NCBI GenBank assembly: GCA_963978095.1
Contig: CAXBQP010000002.1
Location: 1 to 64,000 of the forward strand
Reading direction: 5' to 3'
DNA length: 64,000 bases
From: an uncultured bacterium
GTDB lineage: Bacteria > Gemmatimonadota > Gemmatimonadetes > Gemmatimonadales > Gemmatimonadaceae
The notes under the pieces are model-generated. The model saw only the letters and a program-made list of their open reading frames with translations, ran no database searches and was not told where the DNA came from. Positions 38,554-47,971 of this stretch are shown in pieces (position 1 is the first letter of the stretch; every line of letters starts with the position of its first letter). The position numbers and the translations under genes are program-made.

Positions 38554-41280
38554 ATGACATCACCCATCGGCTCATCCACGTCCTCGCCGGCCGGCTCCGT
38601 TCAAGGGCTCGCCAGCGGCGTGCAATGGCAATCGATGGTGGATCAGATCATGGCCGCGGAATCGGCACGTACGCTGAGCCCGGTGCAGAAACGTCAAGCG
38701 GCACTCCAGTCACAGAGCACCGCTTGGCATCAGTTCCAGAGCGTCGTCGGGCAGTTCAAGACCGCCGCCAGCGCGCTGCGCGATCCGAGTTCCTTCGACC
38801 TCTTCCAGGCCAAGGCTGCCAAGAGCGCATCGTCGAGTCGCGAACTCCTTGGCGTGTCGGCCACCACCGGGGCGGTCCCTGCCTCGTATTCGGTCGAAGT
38901 GATGTCGCTCGCCAAGGCGGAAAAGGTGAGTGGCAACGTGGTCGCCGATGCGACCGCCGCGCTCGGGCTGTCGGGTCAACTCTCGCTCGGCGGCCGCGCG
39001 GTCACCGTGTCCGCGACCGATTCGCTCACGAACCTGCGCGACAAGATCAACGCGGCCAACGCAGGGACCACGCCGAGCGGCGTGTCGGCGTCCCTGCTCT
39101 CGACGGGTGGCGGCGCGCGGCTCGTCCTCACCAGCGCGACCGCCGGTTCCTCCGGCGTCGAGATGCTGGATGATGGCAATGGCACGCTCCAAGCGCTCGG
39201 GCTGACCGACGGCACGACCGTCACGAATCGCTCGGCGTCCGGCGCGACGCAAACCAACCGGCTGTCGAGCAGCACGGCCGCGATCGCCACGCTCCTCGGA
39301 ATCCCGTTGCCCGGCCCATCGAGTCTCCGGGTCAATGGCCAGGTGATCCACATCGACCTCTCCGTCGATTCGCTGGCCACCGTTGCGCAGAAGATCAACG
39401 CCGCCACCGGCGATGCCGGCTCAGCCTCGGTGAAAGCCGAGTCCTTGAGCGGCGGGTCCGTCTACCGGCTTACGACCACGGCGACGATCGACACGGATCC
39501 CTCCGATCCGTCCAACAGCACCGCGACGCTCGCCGCGCTCGGCTTCACCAAACCGGGACGCGCGGGGATCACGCAGGTGCTCGGCAGCGCCGCCACGTTC
39601 ACCGACGCGGCGACCGGGGCGTTCGCCGATGCGGCCACCACGCTCGCGAACCTCGTCATGGATGGGACGTCGATGGCGTTGGCGACCGGTGATCGGATCG
39701 CGATCGGCGGCACCAGCGGCGACGGTTCGACCGTGAGCAAGAGCTTCACCGTGACGGCGACGAGCACCGTGGGTGATCTCCTCAGCGCCATCAATGGATC
39801 GGAGTCCGGCTACGGCGCGAACAGCCGTGCCGCCAACGCCGCCATCAGTGCGGGGCAGCTCACGCTGACGGATGGCGTCGCCGGTGATTCCCGGCTGTCC
39901 ATGTCGCTGTCGGTGACGCATGCGTCCGGCGGGACGGGATCATTCGGGGCGATCTCGAGCAGCTACGGCACCACGGGGCGCAGCCGCCAACTGGTGGCGG
40001 GCGCGGATGCCCAGCTGATGATCGACGGGCAGTACGTGACGCGGGGCACCAACACCATCAGCGACGCCATCAGTGGCGTGACGCTTTCCTTGACCTCCGC
40101 CGAGCCGGGGACGGCTGTGGATGTGTCGATCGCGCGCGACCCCGATGCGATTGCCAAGACCCTGACAGATTTTGCGACCGCATACAACGCCGTGCGCACG
40201 TTCATCGATCGGAACGGGGCCGCCGGCGGACCACTCGCGAACAACAGCACCCTCCGCTCGATGGGCGCCTCGCTGACGTCGAGCCTGATCGGCAATGTCA
40301 CCGGCTTGTCCGGCAGCTATCTCACGGCGGCCACCGCCGGACTGCAGCACGATTCGAAAGGCACGCTCTCGCTCGACGCCGCCACCCTGAAGGCCAAGCT
40401 CGCGACGAACTTCGACGACATCAAGCGCTTGTTCACGATGACGGGAACACCGTCGGATTCGGAAGTGTCATTCGTGAGCGCGCGCACCGCGGCCAAAGCG
40501 ACGTCAGCCGGCGCGCCCTATCCGATCACTATTTCGCATGTCGCCACTCCGGCGGACGCGACCGGAGCGGCGCTGTCGACGTACGCGACGAGCGGCGCGG
40601 CCGACACGATGACCATCGCCGACAACTCGACGGGGCTGCATGGCGCGATCACCCTCTCGAATGGTGACTCGCTCGACAGCATCGTGCAGCGACTGAACGG
40701 CCTGTTCGGTGCGCAGCGGATGCGCCTCTCGGCGTCGCGCACGGCGGGCAGTCAACTTCGCATCGTCGGCAGCGATGCGGGGTCCGCGAGCGGATTCACG
40801 ATCGGGTACACGCCGGGCGCCGGCGGCGACGGAACCGCTTCGCTCGGGCTCGCCGCCGGGACCTACGCCGGAACCGACGTGGTCGGCACGATCAACGGGG
40901 TGGCGGGGATCGGCCGAGGACAGTTCCTGACCGGTGCAAAGGGTGACGCGAGTGAAGGGGTGACGATCCAGTACACCGGGTCCGCGGTTCGCGCGGTGGG
41001 GACGCTGGCGCTGAGCCTGGGCGTCGGCGGGCAGCTCGCCTCGATCGCGGATTCGATCTCGGCGACGGGCACCGGCAGTGCTACCACGCAAGCGGACACG
41101 GCGGACACGCAGGCCAGTGCACTGGACAAGCGCATCGCGGACATCCAAACCCGACTCGATGCACGCAAGGCTGCCCTGACGAAGCAGTTCATCGCCATGG
41201 AATCCGCGATGTCCAAGGCGCAGAGCATGGGGAACGCGCTCAGCTCGCAGATCAACGCGCTTCAGAGTTCGTCGAAGTAG
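38554..41280 (+). CDS. fliD: Flagellar cap protein FliD (very large, 908 aa)
   Basis: GLASGVQWQSMVDQIMAAE, YSVEVMSLAKAEK, NTISDAISGVTLSL, C-terminal KQFIAMESAMSK. Confidence 0.92.
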   Translation: MTSPIGSSTSSPAGSVQGLASGVQWQSMVDQIMAAESARTLSPVQKRQAALQSQSTAWHQFQSVVGQFKTAASALRDPSSFDLFQAKAAKSASSSRELLGVSATTGAVPASYSVEVMSLAKAEKVSGNVVADATAALGLSGQLSLGGRAVTVSATDSLTNLRDKINAANAGTTPSGVSASLLSTGGGARLVLTSATAGSSGVEMLDDGNGTLQALGLTDGTTVTNRSASGATQTNRLSSSTAAIATLLGIPLPGPSSLRVNGQVIHIDLSVDSLATVAQKINAATGDAGSASVKAESLSGGSVYRLTTTATIDTDPSDPSNSTATLAALGFTKPGRAGITQVLGSAATFTDAATGAFADAATTLANLVMDGTSMALATGDRIAIGGTSGDGSTVSKSFTVTATSTVGDLLSAINGSESGYGANSRAANAAISAGQLTLTDGVAGDSRLSMSLSVTHASGGTGSFGAISSSYGTTGRSRQLVAGADAQLMIDGQYVTRGTNTISDAISGVTLSLTSAEPGTAVDVSIARDPDAIAKTLTDFATAYNAVRTFIDRNGAAGGPLANNSTLRSMGASLTSSLIGNVTGLSGSYLTAATAGLQHDSKGTLSLDAATLKAKLATNFDDIKRLFTMTGTPSDSEVSFVSARTAAKATSAGAPYPITISHVATPADATGAALSTYATSGAADTMTIADNSTGLHGAITLSNGDSLDSIVQRLNGLFGAQRMRLSASRTAGSQLRIVGSDAGSASGFTIGYTPGAGGDGTASLGLAAGTYAGTDVVGTINGVAGIGRGQFLTGAKGDASEGVTIQYTGSAVRAVGTLALSLGVGGQLASIADSISATGTGSATTQADTADTQASALDKRIADIQTRLDARKAALTKQFIAMESAMSKAQSMGNALSSQINALQSSSK

Positions 41281-41314
41281 TCGATACTGTGAGAGACACC
41301 ACAGGAGCCGACGC

Positions 41315-41710
41315 GTGAGCCACCCCGGGATGACCACCAACAAGTACCGCGAAACCGAGATCCTCTCCGCTGCTCCCGAGCGGTTGTTGATCATCACCTT
41401 TGACGGTCTCATCGCCGCGATGACGCGCGCGCGCGTCGCCGCCGCCGCCTCGCGGGCGGACGTGCTCTTGCCGGCGCTCGAGAAGTCCCGTGACATCCTC
41501 GGCGAATTGCTGGCGTCTCTCGACTTCAACCGTGGTGGCGCGATCGCGCGCCAGCTCTCGTCGATCTACGTCTTCCAACTCGGGCAGTTGCAGACCATGG
41601 GGATTGCCCCTGACGTGCGCCTGCTGGAGCGTCTCACCGCACAGATCCGGGAGTTGCGTGATGCCTTCGCCGAGATTGCGGCCCGCGCGCCGCAGATGGA
41701 AGTCGCATGA
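41315..41710 (+). CDS. fliS: Flagellin chaperone FliS
   Basis: YRETEILSAAPERL, ILGELLASLDF, IARQLSSIY, LRDAF. Confidence 0.9.
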   Translation: MSHPGMTTNKYRETEILSAAPERLLIITFDGLIAAMTRARVAAAASRADVLLPALEKSRDILGELLASLDFNRGGAIARQLSSIYVFQLGQLQTMGIAPDVRLLERLTAQIRELRDAFAEIAARAPQMEVA

Positions 41711-42075
41711 ACCCCGTGGTGATCGCCGAAGATGCCGCGCTGCGTTTGCACGAAGCCGCCGATCTCTGCGACCGCGCCCGCGCCGAAGCCGAGGCGAGCG
41801 ATGAGCAGTTGGCGCTTTCGCTGGAGCAGGCCGCCTCGGTGATCGAGTCGATCTCACCGGTGGCGATTCCCGCCGGCACGTCGGCGCGGCAACGGGTGGA
41901 TGAGGCGTGCGCGCGCGCCCTGAAATCGCACGCGGCGTTGCTCACCACGATCGCCGAGCGGATGCAGAGCATACGTCGTGAGCTGGGTCAGCTGGGCCAG
42001 GCGACGTCTGCGACCTCGCGGTACACCGCTCGCCCCGCTGCGTCCCGTTCGCTCGTGGTGGATCGCATCGGCTGA
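41707..42075 (+). CDS. Hypothetical helical protein at the FliT position
   Basis: Overlaps the fliS stop (ATGA); all-helical, C-terminal A..RY...VVDRIG like FliT-type chaperones. Confidence 0.55.
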   Translation: MNPVVIAEDAALRLHEAADLCDRARAEAEASDEQLALSLEQAASVIESISPVAIPAGTSARQRVDEACARALKSHAALLTTIAERMQSIRRELGQLGQATSATSRYTARPAASRSLVVDRIG

Positions 42076-42118
42076 CGCGCGGCCGCGCCATCGGCGCGAG
42101 TACCGTTGCGGGTTCGAC

Positions 42119-43108
42119 TCAGCCGCCGTCGCCCTTCCGGGCTCGACGGCGGTATTTCTTTTGTGCACGGGCCATGGCCGCGCGGAAGCGACGTTCGAAT
42201 CCCTCCGGGGCGAACTCGCGGATGGCGGTCGCGCGCGCCGCCGCCCCCATCGTCCGCGCGAGGGCCGGGTCGACCAGCAGGCGTTCGGCGGCGCGACGCG
42301 CCTCGTCCGGGCTTCGGGCCACGAATCCGTCGACGCCGTCCGTGATCGGCGTCCCCGGGTGTGCGTTCGTGATCACGGGCAGCCCGGCCGCCATCGCCTC
42401 GCACATCGCCATGTTGAAGCCGTCCTCGTACGACGGATTCGCCGTGTGAACGTAGAACCGGTGTTCGGCGAACAGTCGCTTCAACGCCTCCCAGTTCTCC
42501 GCCGCTTCGACCCCGAGTTCGGGGTTGTGGCCCACCAGCGTGACCGGAAGTCCGTGAAAACTCTGGATGTGGAAGTCCCAATCCAGAAACACCTGTTTGG
42601 AGACCACGTGGTTGGCAACGCGCAACCCCGCAGCCCGCTCGTAGGTCGGGGGATAGTAGTCGGCGACGTCCGCGCTGTGACGGAGCGCGGTGCCTGGGAC
42701 TCCCCAGGATCGCCCCTTCAGGTCAGTGACCGCCACGGCGTCCGCGCCCTGGAGGGCGAGATACTGTCGGAGGCGCTCCTGCATCGCTGCAGGGGAGATC
42801 TCCGCTCCTTGCTGGGCGATACGCCCTTCGATGGTCTCGTGGATGACCAGCAGCTTGGGGGCCGGGATCCGGGCCGTGTCGAGCAGATCCGTGATGTTGT
42901 GGCAGATTACGAGGTCCCATGGCCCCCCCTCGCCCGCCAACGCCTCGGGAAGACGCAGGGTTCGCGCACCGCGCGGAAGCGGCCGCATCCGCGTGTCCCA
43001 TCCCGCGATACGTCGCCCAGGGAGGTCGACCACGAGGTGCAACTCCTCGTTGAGTCGATCCAACTGATGGATCCAGCCCTCGTGACAGTTGAGGACGAGC
43101 AGTCGCAT
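42119..43108 (-). CDS. Glycosyltransferase family 4 (GT-B)
   Basis: EDGFNMAMCEAMAAGLPVI, ITDGVDGF. Start reassigned to MRLLVLNCHE (43108). Confidence 0.85.
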   Translation of the reverse strand: MRLLVLNCHEGWIHQLDRLNEELHLVVDLPGRRIAGWDTRMRPLPRGARTLRLPEALAGEGGPWDLVICHNITDLLDTARIPAPKLLVIHETIEGRIAQQGAEISPAAMQERLRQYLALQGADAVAVTDLKGRSWGVPGTALRHSADVADYYPPTYERAAGLRVANHVVSKQVFLDWDFHIQSFHGLPVTLVGHNPELGVEAAENWEALKRLFAEHRFYVHTANPSYEDGFNMAMCEAMAAGLPVITNAHPGTPITDGVDGFVARSPDEARRAAERLLVDPALARTMGAAARATAIREFAPEGFERRFRAAMARAQKKYRRRARKGDGG

Positions 43109-43207
43109 GCGGGGAGTGGGGAGATACCGGAGACTCGGCTTCTGTATTTTGCCCTTCTCCGGCGTTAGCTTGCAAGGTTCACGCCAGACTTCCGTCAACC
43201 AGACCGC

Positions 43208-44632
43208 ATGGCCACGATCCTCTTCGTCGACGATGAACCATCGGTCGACATGATCATCGAAGACACGCTGCAGCGCGCGGGGCATCAGACCGTGGGGTGC
43301 CGGAACGTCGGCGAAGCGCTTCAGGTGTTGGCACGCGGCGACATCGATCTCATCATCTCCGACTACCGCATGCCGGGGATCTCGGGGATCGAGTTCTTGG
43401 GCATCCTGGCGCGGGACGGGATCGACGTCCCGCTGATCATGCTCACGGGCTACGCCAGCATCGAGCACGCGGTCTCGAGCATCAAGGCGGGGGCGGTCGA
43501 CTACATCACCAAGCCGGTGCGCCCCCAGCAACTGCAGTTCTCCGTGGACCAGGCCTTGGAATTCGTGCGGCTGCGCCGTGAGAATGAGGCGCTTCGCCGG
43601 GAGGTGAACGAGTTCCGGAGTGAGCGGCATATCATCGGCGAGAGCGCAGCCATCCGGCGGGTGCTCCAGACGGTGACCATGGCCGCCCCGACCCGCGCGA
43701 CCGTCTTGTTGCAAGGGGAGAGCGGCACGGGCAAGGAGTTGTTCGCGCGTGCGGTGCACGATCAGAGCAACCGGCGTGACCATCCCTTCATCCAGCTCAA
43801 CTGCGCCGCATTGCCGGAGGGACTGATCGAGAGCGCCCTGTTCGGCCACGAGAAGGGCGCGTTCACCGGGGCGGTCAAACGGGTGGAAGGGGCGTTCGAG
43901 CGCGCCCACCGAGGCACGCTGCTTCTCGACGAAATCAGCGAGATGCGACTCGATCTCCAGGCGAAACTGCTGCGCGTTCTGCAGGAGCAGGAGTTCGAGC
44001 GTGTCGGTGGCACCGTGCCGATTCGCGTGGACGTGCGCATCATCGCGACCACGAACCGGGATCTGGCCTCGGAGGTCGAAGCCGGCACCTTCCGGCGCGA
44101 CTTGTACTACCGCCTTGGCGTGATCCCGATCCTCATTCCACCGCTCCGCGAGCGCAAGGAAGACATCGCCATCCTCGCGCAGCGCTTCGCGGTGCGCACG
44201 GCGAGCGAGATCGGAAAGAACATCACCGGGATCGCGCCGGAGGCCATCCAGCTGTTGCAATCGATGGATTGGGCGGGCAACGTGCGCGAGTTGCAGCACG
44301 CCGTGGAGCGCGCCGTCATTTTCACGGCGGACGGAATCGTCCAAGCCCACGCCTTCGATGCGAGTCGGTACGGCCTCACGCCGGCCAGCAGCTCGGCGGT
44401 CAGCCCGTCAGCTCCGGCGTTGCTCCCTCCGGCGTTGCTCCCTCCGTCCGCCGACGCGGGCTCGCCCGTTTCCCTCGCCCTTCGGTCGCTCAATGTGGAC
44501 GAGGCAGAGAAACAGCTCATCGCGCGGGCACTGGAGGCGGCGGAGGGGAATCGCACCAAGGCCGCCGAGTTGCTCGGCATCAGTGTTCGGACCCTGCGCA
44601 ACAAGCTCAACACCCCAGAGAAAGACGACTAA
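43208..44632 (+). CDS. sigma54-dependent response regulator (REC-AAA+-Fis HTH; FlrC/FleR-like)
   Basis: FVDDE, ISDYRMP, GESGTGKEL, GAFTGA, WAGNVREL, GNRTKAAELLGISVRTL. Confidence 0.93.
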   Translation: MATILFVDDEPSVDMIIEDTLQRAGHQTVGCRNVGEALQVLARGDIDLIISDYRMPGISGIEFLGILARDGIDVPLIMLTGYASIEHAVSSIKAGAVDYITKPVRPQQLQFSVDQALEFVRLRRENEALRREVNEFRSERHIIGESAAIRRVLQTVTMAAPTRATVLLQGESGTGKELFARAVHDQSNRRDHPFIQLNCAALPEGLIESALFGHEKGAFTGAVKRVEGAFERAHRGTLLLDEISEMRLDLQAKLLRVLQEQEFERVGGTVPIRVDVRIIATTNRDLASEVEAGTFRRDLYYRLGVIPILIPPLRERKEDIAILAQRFAVRTASEIGKNITGIAPEAIQLLQSMDWAGNVRELQHAVERAVIFTADGIVQAHAFDASRYGLTPASSSAVSPSAPALLPPALLPPSADAGSPVSLALRSLNVDEAEKQLIARALEAAEGNRTKAAELLGISVRTLRNKLNTPEKDD

Positions 44633-44660
44633 CCGTTGAGAGAAATATCTCGGGTTCGCC

Positions 44661-44687
44661 AAGGGGCGGCACAATGTGCCGCCCCTT
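44661..44687. promoter_or_regulatory. Palindrome: terminator-like hairpin containing a candidate enhancer CGGCA-N5-TGCCG
   Basis: AAGGGGCGGCAC-AAT-GTGCCGCCCCTT, about 125 bp upstream of a sigma54 promoter. Confidence 0.55.
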
Positions 44688-44805
44688 CTGCATCCGACAG
44701 GGTCAAACGGTCGAATGATCGAGTACCCGGCGAAACCCGCTAAGAATCTGCGAAATAACAAGTTAGAAGCGTAATCCGGCAGTTGAACCGACGGCCGAAA
44801 TGCCG

Positions 44806-44820
44806 TGGCACCACAGTTGC
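44806..44820 (+). promoter_or_regulatory. sigma54 promoter for the flgB operon
   Basis: TGGCAC-CACAG-TTGC consensus; AT-rich IHF-like tract near 44752-44766. Confidence 0.85.
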
Positions 44821-44853
44821 ATATGGAGTCCCCGTCACCCTCCGGAGCAACTC

Positions 44854-45135
44854 GTGTCAGTCGGCTTCATCGGCAGGACCTCGATGGCCAATCAGCTGAA
44901 GTCAGCGCTCGACGTGAGCGCCGCGCGCTCGCGTGGCATCGCCGACCGCGTTGCGCAGGCGTCGGCCCAGAATGCGCAGTTTTCCATTCCCGGCCAGCCA
45001 GCCGCGCAGGGTGCACCGATCGACCTTGAGACGGAAATGGTCAGCCTCGCGGACGAACAGCTCCGCTATGAGGCGACCGCCAAGTTGCTCGAGAAGACCT
45101 ACTCTGGGCTGCGCGAAGCCCTGCGGGAGAAGTAA
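44854..45135 (+). CDS. flgB: Divergent, short FlgB (proximal rod)
   Basis: Precedes flgC; LKSALD..AAR..IA and IDLETEMVSLADEQLRYEA; GGAG before GTG 44854. Confidence 0.75.
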   Translation: MSVGFIGRTSMANQLKSALDVSAARSRGIADRVAQASAQNAQFSIPGQPAAQGAPIDLETEMVSLADEQLRYEATAKLLEKTYSGLREALREK

Positions 45136-45138
45136 GCC

Positions 45139-45690
45139 ATGCCCGGCCCGATCAATCCCACCGGTAACAGCTCGTCGCAGCGCCCGATGTTCCGGACGCT
45201 CGGCATCGCCTCGAGCGGCCTGTTCGCGCAGCGTCTCCGGATGGAGACGATCGCGACGAACATCGCGAACGCTGAAACGACTCGGACCGAAGGCGGCGGA
45301 CCGTACCGCCGTCGCTTGGTGGAGATGACGGCCGCGGCTGACACCGGAGTCGCCCATGCGGGCCCGAACGATGCCGCAGCGCTGGCGCAGGGCCGCGGCG
45401 CGGCCGCCGCCGCTCTGGCCAGTGCGGATGTCACACTGGCCGATGCTACCGGTCGGGATGTGCCCGCGGGCGGCGTGAAGGTCACGGGCATTGTTGAAGA
45501 TGCCACTGAAGGGCCGCTGGTGTACGACCCGAGCCACCCGGATGCCAACACCGACGGCTACGTCCGGTATCCGAACGTGCGCGTGACCGATGAGATCGTC
45601 GACCTCATGGATGCCAAGCGCATCTATGAGGCGAATGCCACCGTGTTCCAGGCGGCGAAGTCGATGCTTCGCCGCGCCATCGATATCTGA
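45139..45690 (+). CDS. flgC: Basal-body rod protein FlgC
   Basis: SGLFAQRLRM...NIANAETTR, YDPSHPDA..GYVRYPNV, YEAN. Confidence 0.95.
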   Translation: MPGPINPTGNSSSQRPMFRTLGIASSGLFAQRLRMETIATNIANAETTRTEGGGPYRRRLVEMTAAADTGVAHAGPNDAAALAQGRGAAAAALASADVTLADATGRDVPAGGVKVTGIVEDATEGPLVYDPSHPDANTDGYVRYPNVRVTDEIVDLMDAKRIYEANATVFQAAKSMLRRAIDI

Positions 45691-45703
45691 GGATCGCCAT
45701 TCC

Positions 45704-46072
45704 ATGAGCATCAACGCCCTGACCAACTCCGCCTCCTCGCTGCTCGCGCCGCGCCCGGATACCGCCGCCAACAGCGGCGTCGGTACCCCGGCACGCGCGA
45801 ACGGCGCCAATGGCGCGAATACCCTGGCCACCGCGCTCACCAATGGCAGCGCCAAGGACGCCTCCACGGCGTCGGCGGCTCCGACGCTCGGTGCGCGGGC
45901 GCCGGAAGGGACGGACCCGGGGCTGTGGAGCGTGCTGACTTCGGAGGAACGGAACTTCTTTGCGCGGACGGTGACGTCCGGTCCGCTGACCTACAGCCGC
46001 GTGATGCTGAGCGGTGCCCGGGCCACGCCGGCGCCCGCCGCCCGTGGCGGTCGTATCGACATTCGGGCCTGA
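45704..46072 (+). CDS. Hypothetical protein between flgC and fliE
   Basis: Low-complexity N-terminus, core PEGTDPGLWSVLTSEERNFF, C-terminus GGRIDIRA. Confidence 0.7.
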   Translation: MSINALTNSASSLLAPRPDTAANSGVGTPARANGANGANTLATALTNGSAKDASTASAAPTLGARAPEGTDPGLWSVLTSEERNFFARTVTSGPLTYSRVMLSGARATPAPAARGGRIDIRA

Positions 46073-46074
46073 TC

Positions 46075-46455
46075 ATGAGCGATCCGATTGGCGCTGCGGT
46101 GTCGCGCTTCACACAGTCTCTTTCGAACTCCGGCCTCGGTCAGGGGTTGTCGGTCCCGGGGGCGAACCAGGGGATCGGTGCCGGCCGTTTGGGCGGTGGT
46201 GACTCCGCCGCCCGTCAGATTCCGGTCGCGGATGGTCCGTCGTTCGGCGATACCCTGAAGAAAGCGATCAATGACGTCTCCGCGCAGCAGGACAAGGCGT
46301 CCGACACCTTGGGCGCGTTCCTGCGCGGCGAGAATGTCGAACTGCATCAGGTGATGGCCGCGACGGAAGAAGCGCAGATCTCGTTGCAGATGCTCATTGA
46401 AGTGCGCAACAAGTTCACGGACGCCTACAAGTCCCTCGCGAACATGCAGGGCTGA
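46075..46455 (+). CDS. fliE: Hook-basal body protein FliE
   Basis: SFGDTLKKAI, LHQVM.A.EEA, EVRNK..AY...NMQ. Confidence 0.93.
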   Translation: MSDPIGAAVSRFTQSLSNSGLGQGLSVPGANQGIGAGRLGGGDSAARQIPVADGPSFGDTLKKAINDVSAQQDKASDTLGAFLRGENVELHQVMAATEEAQISLQMLIEVRNKFTDAYKSLANMQG

Positions 46456-46460
46456 TCGTC

Positions 46461-47966
46461 ATGCTGCCTGATCTCCTGCAGAAGCTAGGTGGTCCCCGCC
46501 GCGTGATGATCGGTGCCGTTGGGCTGGTCGTGGCGGGCGTCATCCTGGTCATTTCCCGTGTGGCGACGGAGCCCACCTGGGTACCGGCCGTGACGGGGGT
46601 ACCGCTGCAGAGCGCGTCCGAACTCACCGACCGGCTTGATCAGGCGGGCATCAAGTACAAGCTCGACCGTGGCGGCGCGGAGATCCTGGTCGCGCAGACG
46701 GACTTGCCGCGTGCCCGCGTGACGCTGGCGAAAGACGGGCTGCCGGGCGGAAATCGCCCGGGCTTGGAGATCTTCGATCGACCGTCGTGGGGCTGGAATG
46801 ACTTCACGCAGCGCGTGAACTATCGCCGGGCGTTGGAAGGGGAGTTGGAGCGTACCATCGGCCGGATGCGCGGCATCGAGCGCGCCGAAGTGCATATCGC
46901 CATTTCGGATCAAGGGGGCTTTCGCGCCGCCAATGAGCGGCCGGCGACGGCGTCGGTCCTCATCGCCCTGAAGGACGCCTCACAGCCGGGACAGGACATC
47001 GTCCAGGGGATCGCGCACCTCGTGTCCTCGAGCGTGGACGGACTGAGCGCGGAGAACGTCAGCATCCACGACGAGACGGGCAAGCAGTGGTCCGAGCCGG
47101 CCGACGGATCGGGCGCGGGTCTCACCAGCCGCCAGCTCCGCGTCCAGCAGGACGTGGAGAAGTATCTGGAGCGCAAAGCTTCCGATCTCGTGTCGCAAGT
47201 CGTGGGACCGGGGAACAGCCGGGTCCAGGTCGCGGCCGCGATCAACTTCGACAAGATCGAGCGTACCACGCTCTCCGTCGATCCCGACAAGCAGGCGCTC
47301 GCGTCGGAGACGAAGGCCGAGATCGTCCCGGGCGCCCAAGGCGGCGCGGGGTCGACCAACGTGAACAGCAGCTACGAGAACACGAAAAGCACGGAGATCT
47401 TCAGTGGCGCGATCGGCAACATCCGCCGCCTGACGGTCGCGGTGCTCGTCGCCGACGCACCGGTGCCCAGCACGGGCCCGACCGATACGATCCCGCGCTA
47501 CACGCCGCGCTCTCCCGAGGAGCTCGCCCGCTTGGAGACGCTCGTGCGCAGCGCACTCGGCGCGGACTCGACGCGCGGCGACGCCGTGAGCGTGGTGAGC
47601 CTGCCGATGCCAGTGCAACGGGCGAAGCCGTCGGTACCGCCGGTTCCGACGTTCGCCGAGAAGATGCAACCGTTCGAACGCCCGGCGCTGACCGTGGTCG
47701 GCCTTCTCTTGGCGTTCGGCATGGGGATGATGGCCTTGCGTTCGCTCCGCACGCCGGCCGCGGTGCCGATCGCGGCGACGTTGGCGCTCGCCCCGGCGGA
47801 ACCCGCGCCCGCGCTCGTGCGCCAGCCCCCCCCGCGTCCGGTGGACATACCGGCCTATTCGTTCCCCATCGCCGACACGCAGATCCGTGACCGTGTCGTC
47901 CAGACCGTTGATGAGAACCCTGATGCGGCCGCGCGCTTGGTGAAGTCGTGGCTCAAGGATTCGTGA
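46461..47966 (+). CDS. fliF: MS-ring protein FliF
   Basis: GLEIFD, YRRALEGELERTI, ATASV, IRRLTVAVLV, ARLVKSWL. Confidence 0.95.
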   Translation: MLPDLLQKLGGPRRVMIGAVGLVVAGVILVISRVATEPTWVPAVTGVPLQSASELTDRLDQAGIKYKLDRGGAEILVAQTDLPRARVTLAKDGLPGGNRPGLEIFDRPSWGWNDFTQRVNYRRALEGELERTIGRMRGIERAEVHIAISDQGGFRAANERPATASVLIALKDASQPGQDIVQGIAHLVSSSVDGLSAENVSIHDETGKQWSEPADGSGAGLTSRQLRVQQDVEKYLERKASDLVSQVVGPGNSRVQVAAAINFDKIERTTLSVDPDKQALASETKAEIVPGAQGGAGSTNVNSSYENTKSTEIFSGAIGNIRRLTVAVLVADAPVPSTGPTDTIPRYTPRSPEELARLETLVRSALGADSTRGDAVSVVSLPMPVQRAKPSVPPVPTFAEKMQPFERPALTVVGLLLAFGMGMMALRSLRTPAAVPIAATLALAPAEPAPALVRQPPPRPVDIPAYSFPIADTQIRDRVVQTVDENPDAAARLVKSWLKDS

Positions 47967-47971
47967 GGTCG

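Noticed and set aside
43109..44350. N-terminal ~410 aa of the 743-aa minus-strand ORF
   Set aside because: Antisense shadow of the sigma54 regulator; the real GT4 starts at 43108.
44412..44446. 15-nt tandem duplication (PALLP x2) in the regulator linker
   Set aside because: In-frame slippage in a variable linker; no functional signal.
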